The notes under the pieces were generated by a model. It was not told the DNA's origin, did not search any database, and saw only the letters and a list, made by a program, of their open reading frames with translations. DNA of 64,000 nt from Eledone cirrhosa (lineage: Eukaryota): positions 273,916,001-273,980,000 of the forward strand of contig OZ024741.1 in the NCBI GenBank assembly GCA_964016885.1, in the 5' to 3' direction. Each line of letters opens with the position of its first letter. The stretch's first letter is position 1. The translations under genes and the position numbers were made by a program. Shown here piece after piece: positions 54,295 to 64,000 of the stretch.

Positions 54295-57200
54295 ACTTTC
54301 TTTTTATTTGCCACCAGGGCATCAAAGAGTGGGACAAGTACAATGGGGGGAGTTTACATAAAAAGGCGTCCTCAATAAGGAGGCAATAACAAAATATAAA
54401 AATATAAAAATATAAAATATAACAAAAATAAATTGAATAACAAAATCCTCAATAGGGAGGAGGCGCCTTGGGGGGTCGCACCCCCCCCCCTAAAAAAAAA
54501 GTGTGCAACCCTTCTCCTCAGGAGCACAGAGGGAAGGTGCACCCTTGATCTTTCATCTTCCTCACCTACAGTCTGATGTAGAGTGAAGGCCCATTCACAC
54601 GGGCCATTCTCGCCACTTTCACCCATCTTTCATAAAAACGGCTGGGGTGCAGCACCTTTCTCTCCATCCTGATCCTTCTTCCGAAATGATATCGGAAGAA
54701 ACGGACCAGTTGTTGGCCAGAAAGAAAGGTGTCTGATCTCAGTCCTTTCAGACACGTCTACCATACAACCTTTTTCGCCATGGCTATTACGCACAGAAAC
54801 ACCGCCTCTCCTTCGTTTTTGAAGAGAGGAGGCGGCTTGATCGTTACAATAGACTCGGTGGTCAACCGGATAGGTCCCACCCGTGACAGCAGTCGTTCGA
54901 CATAGCCCCACAGATCGGCAATGCCCGAGCAGTGTACCAATGCGTGTGCAACGGTTTCCTCGTCGCACACGCATCTAGGACAGACCTTTTTCGAGGGGTC
55001 CCTACCCGGGCGCCCGTGTCTGTAGAGCCTTTCTCGAACGAGCAGAGCCCCTCGGTAACACTGCCAGGCCAGGGACCTTTGGAAGTTATCCATAGGTCCC
55101 GGGCTGAATGTCCTACCGAACAAGTTGGCCAGTTCGTTTTCCTCCATGCCTAGGGCTTCTCCGAGGGCGTCGTCGCACCTGCTAACCACTATCCCTCTAT
55201 AGAATGACGAGGTGGATTCTCCACTGACAGCCGGATCCGCCTGCCAGAGAGCCGTGAGCGCCTGGCCACACTCGGTGTGCCAGGCGCCCAGTTTTCTCGA
55301 TCTTTGCTTGATCCAGGATTGCAGCTCGGTGAAAGGCTCGCCTCACAAACGGGGCCCACACCGGTTGACCTGTGAGGAACACCTGGAGGTGCCGTAGCCT
55401 TAATGCGTTTTTACGCATCATCAGCCACGGCATCCCCAGCCCTTCTTTCGAAGGGTGTTGACAGCAGATGGATCTCCTCACCATAAGAGCCCGCCTCTTC
55501 CAAAGGAATTAGAAGAGTACGCGCTCCATTTTGGCGAGCGTTTCCCTTGGGCAAGGCACGACGGTCAGGCGGTAGTAGATGACGGACGCTATATAAGTGA
55601 TCGCCACCTCCGCCCGACCTTTCAGGGACAGTTTTTCAAACACTCTGTTCGTTACCTCACTCCAGTTCTTCTCCACCTGGAGGTCTGGTCCGAACCAGAC
55701 CCCGAGCAACTTCACCGAGCCCTCCGTCCAGCGTCCGACGACGCCATCGGAGGGCATCGATCTGCCCCTCCACGTGCCGAGTTGCAGACCGATCGACTTG
55801 TCCCGGTTCAGCTTAGCCCATGTAAACCTTTCGTACTCCTCCAGTAAGGTGCCGATCGACCCGATTTCCGAAGCCATCGACACCATTACTGTTACGTCAT
55901 CGGCGTAGGCCGACACCGCTTTCCGCAATCCCGGTTCCAACGGGATGCCCTGCAACAACTCCAACTTCCGCAGCAGTGGCTCTAGAGTCATTACATACAG
56001 TACAGAAGGGAGGAGAGAGGGCACCCTTGTCGGATGGACCGCGCGATTTCGAACGGCTTCGAGAGGTAGCCGTTCACCTTGACCCTAGAGCAGATGCGGC
56101 TGCAGTGCATGGCATTGATCCAGCCCCTGAAAACGAGTCCGAAGCCTGCCGCCGCTAGCACTGCATCCAGGTAACCATGGTCGACCCTATCGAACGCCTT
56201 AGATTGATCCAAGTTGATCAGGGCCCCACCAAAGCCGGGTTCGTTCCCAACCCTCTCTATGATGTATCGCATGAGGTGGAGGTTGTCGTGGATGAACCTG
56301 GACGGGATAGCTCATGTCTGCGCATCTCCCACCAGGTTTCCCACGACAAGCGGCAACCTCTTTGCTAGCACCTTGGCCAAAAACTGTATTTAGCAGAGTT
56401 ATGGGCCTGAAATTATTTATATCGTCCCCCTTCTTCTCGTCCTTCCTCACTAGCGTGACTACGCCCTTGGTCACAGCACAGGGAATTCTCCCGTTCTGTT
56501 GCCAGTTGCAGTAGACCCCATCGAGGAGATCGGGGAACAAGTCCGGCATAGCTAGATATAGTTCGTATGGAAGACCATCGAGACCCGGGGATTTGCGTTT
56601 GCCGCATTGGCTCAGCACGTCCTCTATCTCGCACTCGCAGGACTTCGCCTCCCTGTCCGAGAGACGCGGCAGGCCGTCGAGGTATGGACCGAAGTTCACT
56701 TCCTCAACCGGTTCCTCGCCCCTTCCGAACAATCTGGCAAAGTGCTTTTGAAAAGCCTCGCACATCTGCTTAGGTTCAAGGATCACCCGTCCATCCTGGT
56801 CTCGCAAAGACCGGATAGTGGATCTACTCCCTCTTTTGGCTTCTGTCAAGCGGGCCCGGCTAACAGCTTTGGTCCCCTCGTTTCCCAGAGCACGTATTTT
56901 GCTTCGGACGATGCAGCCTTCGTGTTTCGCGTCGAAGAACTGGCCAGGGCCGTTCTCGACGCTATCAGTCTGGCCACGTTGCCACTTCTAATTGCCTCTT
57001 CTACACTATCTACCAACTCCCTTTCCTTCCTATTTCTATTTGAGGCTAACTCTTTACTAAATTCTATAGAGACTACTCTAATCTCTCTTTTGAGAAATCC
57101 CCACCACCTGCTGTTGACGATGTCGCCCGTCAACCGCTCCTTAACTAAAGTGCTAATCCGGTCCCTGTAAGCCTTACTTGCCGGTAAGGACAAGTTGAGC

Positions 57201-57365
57201 TTCCAGTAACCGGGTCCCTGTCTATGCGTTCTGTCAAGGTTGACCATGCAGGTCACTAACTTGTGGTCTGAATAGCCAACCATGAGCATTTTTGGACAAC
57301 TTAAAAAGTCCTTATCCTTATTTCTAACTAAGAACCTATCTTGGTACGACCTAGATGACCCGCAC
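54295..57365 (-). mobile_element. 5'-truncated Tx1-like copy D (ORF2 remnant)
   Basis: SDH, WKLN, SPGLDG, KAFDRVDH, RQGCPLS and YADD. The 3' end AATAAAAAGAAAG runs into (TATC)n. Confidence 0.92.
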
Positions 57366-57712
57366 ATGTTGTTTTTCATTTCAATATATTGTAAATTTCC
57401 GGTTGATTGGTTGGTTGGTTGGTTCAATCGCTGGATGTTTGTTTATATATTGTCAAAGCTCTTTCCTCACACAAAAACAAGATGCTGTATGACAGAACAA
57501 AGGAGAAACACAAAATAAAAACCAAGTCATTGAGGAGGTCACAGAATGTGTGACGAAAGAGATTTGATAAACAACCATCCGGTTATCGAACCTGATGACA
57601 GCATGACCCTCCCCAAGTATAACAATATCTGTTTCAACACACGTTTTCAGATAAGAAATCTTACAAAACAAATTCAAAAACGAAGTATATATATATATAT
57701 ATATATATAATA

Positions 57713-58589
<877 letters not shown>

Positions 58590-58609
58590 CTCTTGAAATA
58601 TATATATAT

Positions 58610-59724
58610 AACGAAGGAAATGTGGTAAGGAACCAGGTGGACCATAACGCACCAAAGTACTCAATACTTATGGTAGTAGAGTGGGTAATAGAAACGAGTA
58701 GGACCCCGACGGCTGAGCTCAAGCCGTTTCGACGGCTAATTCTGGACTAAATGAACATTTTTATCCTGGTATATGAATAGCCGAGCTTCTCAGGGGGTAA
58801 TTCCATATATGGTAAAAGTGATTGTCACAAGGATTGGTCAAAAGTTTGTTGTTGAGACACATAATTCTATCATGGCAATTTGTGGAAGGAAGGGGTAGCT
58901 GAACCTGCCAGTAGAAGAAAGAGGGAGAGGGAGTGGAGGAAAACCAGTCGTGCGTTGATAGTGCCAACTACAGCAGGGCAGGAGGTCAAGCAAGTATACT
59001 AGGGAGGGGGAGGCGAAGGAAGTCGAAACAATAAGTAAATCAATATGGAGTAAATATATAGAAGAATACCAAGAATGTTAAAAATATAAAAAAACAATTT
59101 CTGGTTACTATTCCCTAACGACAGTCATCAAGTCTCTCACTGGTACTGCTAAACTATAGAAAAGTTTACTAGGTGGGACGGAATTGTAATGAGACAATTT
59201 TATGAGTTAGTAGTAATCAACCGAGTTAGTAGTAATCAACACTACTGCCAATACACCACCACCACCACAACCATCACCATCACCTCGATCACCTCTACCA
59301 CCACCACCACCACCACAACCACCACCACCACCATCACTACCACCACACCACTACAGCTACCACCACAACCACCACTACCACTACCATCACACCACTACCA
59401 CTACCACCCCCTCCATAGTATACTTGCTTGACCTCCTGCCCTGCTGTAGTTGGCACTATCAACGCATGACTGGTTTTCCTCCACTCCCTCTCCCTCTTTC
59501 TTCTACTGGCAGGTTCAGCTACCCCTTCCTTCCACAAATTGCCATGATAGAATTATGTGTCTCAACAACAAACTTTTGACCAATCCTTGTGACAATCACT
59601 TTACCATATATGGAATTACCCCCTGAGAAGCTCGGCTATTCATATACCAGGATAAAAAATGTTCATTTAGTCCAGAATTAGCCGTCGAAATGGCTTGAGC
59701 TCAGCCGTCGTGGTCCTACTCGTT

Positions 59725-59729
<5 letters not shown>
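58610..59729. mobile_element. Large fold-back element (probable Penelope-like inverted pseudo-LTRs) with a hammerhead-like motif in each arm
   Basis: Arms 58688-59010 and 59407-59729 are nearly identical. Tail 58610-58687; (TA)n on both sides. Confidence 0.8.
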
Positions 59730-59796
<67 letters not shown>

Positions 59797-60045
59797 TCTT
59801 GAAATATATATATATATATCATAAATCATGTCCTTAGAATTATTAGATAAAATATATACCATTTCCTCTCCCAATTAGCATAATTAACCATATAAAAAAT
59901 CAATTAGACCAAGCTATAAGAATAAAGGCTCCTATGAAGAAATTTCCGACAAATAACCGAAAGCGGCCTCTTCGCGGTGGCCCCGATAGAGTATTTATCC
60001 AACATTTCAATAGACATTTATATATATATATATAAAACTATTGAA

Positions 60046-60123
<78 letters not shown>

Positions 60124-60129
60124 TATATA

Positions 60130-60736
60130 TAGAAGTTGTTACACAACAGTTAGTTCACCATACCGAAAACAATTGTTTCACCTTAGCGGATCCTCAGTTC
60201 GTAATGGGCATGGTTATACGGAGCAGGAAGGACAACCGTACGAACGCGCATGCGCAGAAATCGGTCACTTCACACAGGCATCGCTAAAATGCGTGCGAGG
60301 TGTAAGGGAGATAACTGCGAAAGTCCGAAAATTGTTTAGTTGATAAGAAAATATATTGATGTTATTACAATAATTCATTCAATCGGGAGCTTTGTAGTTA
60401 TGCAATAGGTGTTTCGGGACGTGTGGACAACGTGTTAAAAATTCATTACTCGTGTTTAGGCAATCACTATTGCATAATCTCTTTAGAACATTTATTCGTT
60501 CGTCAATACACAGTTATCTCCCTTACACTCCTCGCACGCATTTTAGCATTGCCTGTGTGAAGTGACCGGTATCTGCGCATGCGCGTTCATACGGTTGTCC
60601 TTCCTATTCCGTATAACCATGCCCATTACGAGCTGAGGATCCGCTAAGGTGAAACAATTGTTCTCGGTATGGTTAACTAACTGTTGTGTAAACACTTCTA
60701 CCAAACTCGTCCCATGGACTGAGTGCTCTACCACTA
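60130..60736. mobile_element. Fold-back element (~190 bp arms) with a one-sided tail
   Basis: 60130-60318 pairs with 60510-60700. The tail 60701-60736 is shared with 20745-20780. Confidence 0.75.
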
Positions 60737-60930
60737 GGGATATTACCTTCCACTGTTCTACCTTTATATATACAAACTGCCGCCCCACGCACCCAGCTCT
60801 AGGTACGTTACTAACCAACATTACCGCCGCCGCCACCACTATACACACACATACAGCACACACACGTAAACCATCGTTTCTGTCTGTTGTTCACACAACC
60901 GTTCACCTGATACCTAAACAACACCATTGA

Positions 60931-60983
<53 letters not shown>

Positions 60984-61039
60984 CATTAATATCGTCAACC
61001 TACACCAACGCCATTTCAATGGTGTATGCCAGGACAATG

Positions 61040-61240
61040 CAAGAGTAGTAGAGACTTGTGGTGTTCTTGATCCTAGGGTCACCTCCCTACTCACCACCAT
61101 CGGCACAGAGTTGGCTACCCGCATGTGTGAGCCTCGAGAGCTGGAATGGCTCTTCCAATGCGTCTCCCTCACCATACTCCGGGGGAAACGTCTTCTCTAT
61201 TCTGTCCGTCGGGACCGTGGGGTAACCAGCGTGTGGGCTC
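61040..61240 (+). mobile_element. CRE-like non-LTR 3' fragment
   Basis: VVETCGVL...LLTTIGTELA...EPRELEWLFQCVSLTILRG(N), the same motif class as 1790-2245. Confidence 0.65.
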
Positions 61241-61247
61241 CCATTTG

Positions 61248-62445
61248 CATATAATAGTGAGAGAGACGGAGGCAGTGAGTGAAAGAGAGAGAGAACATCA
61301 ACCATATAATAGGGAGGGAGGGGGAGAGTGAGGGAGACGGAGGCAGTGAGTGAAAGAGAGAGAGAACATCAACCATATAATAGTGAGAGAGGGGGAGACG
61401 GAGGCAGTGAGTGAAAGAGAGAGAGAGAACATCACCCATATAATAGTGAGAGAGGGGGAGAGTGAGGGAGATGGAGGTAGTGAGTGAAAGAGAGAGAGAA
61501 CATCAACCATATAATAGTGAGAGAGAGGGAGAGTGAGGGAGACGGAGGCAGTGAGTGAAAGAGAGAGAGAACATCAACCATATAATAGTGAGAGAGGGGG
61601 AGACGGAGGCAGTGAGTGAAAGACAGAGAGAACATCAACCATATAATAGTGAGAGAGGGGGAGAGTGAGGGAGACGGAGGCAGTGAGTGAAAGAGAGAAC
61701 ATCAACCATATAATAGTGAGAGAGGGGGAGAGTGAGGGAGACGGAGGCAGTGAGTGAAAGAGAGAGAGAACATCAACCATATAATAGGGAGAGAGGGGGA
61801 GAGTGAGGGAGACGGAGGCAGTGAGTGAAAGAGAGAACATCAACCATATAATAGGGAGAGAGGGGGAGAGTGAGGGAGACGGAGGGAGTGAGTGAAAGAG
61901 AGAACATCAACCATATAATAGGGAGAGAGGGGGAGAGTGGGGGAGACGGAGGCAGTGAGTGAAAGAGAGAACATCAACCATATAATAGGGAGAGAGGGGG
62001 AGAGTGGGGGAGACGGAGGCAGTGAGTGAAAGAGAGAACATCAACCATATAATAGGGAGAGAGGGGGAGAGTGGGGGAGACGGAGGCAGTGAGTGAAAGA
62101 GAGAACATCAACCATATAATAGTGAGAGAGGGGGAGTGTGGGGGAGACGGAGGCAGTGAGTGAAAGAGAGAGAGAACATCAACCATATAATAGTGAGAGA
62201 GGGGGAGAGTGAGGGAGACGGAGGCAGTGGGTGAAAGAGAGAACATCAACCATATAATAGTGAGAGAGGGGGAGAGTGAGGGATACGGAGGCAGTGAGTG
62301 AAAGAGAGAACATCAACCATATAATAGTGAGAGAGGGGGAGAGTGGGGGAGACGGAGGCAGTGAGTGAAAGAGAGAACATCAACCATATAATAGTGAGAG
62401 AGGGGGAGAGTGAGGGATACGGAGGCAGTGAGTGAAAGAGAGAAC
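61248..62445. repeat. Purine-rich minisatellite, ~55-67 bp unit, about 19 copies
   Basis: GAGACGGAGGCAGTGAGTGAAAGAGAGAACATCAACCATATAATAG repeated. Confidence 0.95.
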
Positions 62446-62515
62446 ACACAAACAGTTTTTTCTCAATATCCATCTGGCCAGCATTCACGTATGCCACCAT
62501 GTCAGATTGTTATAG

Positions 62516-62636
<121 letters not shown>

Positions 62637-63064
62637 CGTGTGCATGCGTGTGTGTATCTGTGTGAGTGTGTTAGAGAATGGGTGTGTGAGTGTGTGTATG
62701 TGTGTGTGAGTGTGTGTGTATGTGTGTGTCTGTCTGTGTGTGAGAGAGTGAGTGTGTGTGTGAGTGCGTGAGTGTGTGTGTGTGTCTGTCTGTGTGTGAG
62801 TGTGTGTGTGTGTCTATCTGTGTATGAGTATGTGTGTGTGTGAGTGTGTGTGTATGTGTGTGTCTGTCTGTGTGTGAGAGAGTAAGTGTGTGTGTCAGTG
62901 TGTGAGTGCGCGTGTGTGTGTGTCTGTCTGTGTGTGAGTGTGTGTGTGTGTGTCTGTCTGTGTATGAGAGAGTGAGTGTGTCTGTCTGTGTGTGAGAGAG
63001 TGAGTGAGTGTGTCTGTCTGTGTGTGAGTGTGTGTGTGTGTGTGTAACAACGCAGATGCAATGA

Positions 63065-63185
63065 ATTGGCAGAATCATTAAAACGTCAGAATATATTGCA
63101 ACAATCGTTCAGGCTTTCTGTACTCTCTTCAAATGCCACAAACATCAACTTTGCCCTTCGAGGTCGATAAAAAAAAGTACCAGTT
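63065..63185 (+). mobile_element. Diverged SINE
   Basis: TTGGCAGAATC...TTCAAAT...AACTTTGCC...GGTCGATAAAA...AGTACCAG. Confidence 0.6.
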
Positions 63186-63206
63186 CTGTCTGGGTTGGAT
63201 TTAGAC

Positions 63207-63745
63207 CAGTCATGGGCAACATGCGACCCACTAAGCTTTCTGAATCACCTAAGTGAAATCTAAGTCACCTAAGTGAAATCTCTCTGATATTTTTACCCAA
63301 ACTCTTCAGTCAGCCTATGAACGTTTCCTCCGACCCTCGTACTTCTCTGTGGTGATTGTTTTGTGATGATTCAAGAAGCTGAAGTGGATTAAGCCGGCTG
63401 CCGACCTCCAAACAGTCACTATAACCTTCTTTCGGTGTAATTTCAGCTTTGGAAAGTGTTTAGGGCAGTCATGGGCAACCTGCGGCCCGCGAAGCCCGCC
63501 TAAGTCACCTAAGTGAAATCTTTCTGATTTTTTTACCCAAAATTTTCAGTCGTAATTTATCTTTCTACCATTTTTACGATCGAGGAAAACAACGTGTAGG
63601 AATTCTGAAGAAACAAATCAAAACAGCCTGAGTTACCACCCTTTTATTTTAATGTGGGCACGAATGTAAATTAGCGTTTGCGGCCCGCCTGATGATGAGC
63701 CATATCTCATGCGGCCCACTTCTCGCAAAAGGTTGTTCATGCCTG
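63207..63745. mobile_element. Non-autonomous hAT (Charlie-like) element with an 8-bp TSD
   Basis: TIRs CAGTCATGGGCAAC / GTTGTTCATGCCTG. ATTTAGAC is duplicated at 63199-63206 and 63746-63753. Confidence 0.85.
63335..63465 (-). pseudogene. mariner transposase fragment
   Basis: PKHFPKLKLHRKKVIVTVWRSAAGLIHFSFLNHHKTITTEKY, a typical mariner catalytic-domain segment. Confidence 0.8.
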
Positions 63746-64000
63746 ATTTAGACCTTGGGGTTCCCTGGGGTTTTCAGGTTTTTTGTGGGTGTGCTCATAC
63801 ACGAAAAATTAGAATAAACAACAACCCCTCAATTTTACATATCAAAGTTAGCTTGGCACAAGTAATTGGAATTGAAAAGATATACATACAGGTATTAAAT
63901 TCAAAAATTCTAAACATCCTAGAACTAAAAATTTCAGCTGAGGACACAAATAAATTGCTACGGCCGTCGTTGGTAGGGCCCCTACTGCAGGGGGCCCGGA

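Overview
Eukaryotic, extremely microsatellite-rich intergenic or intronic DNA, most likely a coleoid cephalopod (octopus-like, inferred from the SINE family and the (TA)n/(TACA)n/(GATA)n load). I found no supportable host exon, and most ORF-track calls are translated microsatellites. Main contents: (i) four decayed L1-clade Tx1-like retrotransposons, all on the minus strand, three of them in a head-to-tail cluster at 22.1-37.0 kb with 3' ends opening into (TATC)n; (ii) a 5'-truncated Penelope-like element (RT plus C-terminal GIY-YIG) at 39.8-42.3 kb; (iii) RTE, CRE-like and R4/Dong-like LINE 3' fragments and bipartite non-autonomous RTE derivatives; (iv) many tRNA-derived SINEs, a non-autonomous Helitron, hAT and mariner remnants, and several minisatellites. 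The most interesting signals: four hand-foldable type I hammerhead ribozymes plus several degenerate ones; a recurring '(TA)n - hairpin - one-sided tail - (TA)n' module from several unrelated families, one of which carries a 164-bp copy of DNA from 16 kb away at its fold-back; and a splice-donor/acceptor cassette shared by the ORF1-ORF2 junctions of two divergent Tx1 elements. All folds and alignments were done by eye.
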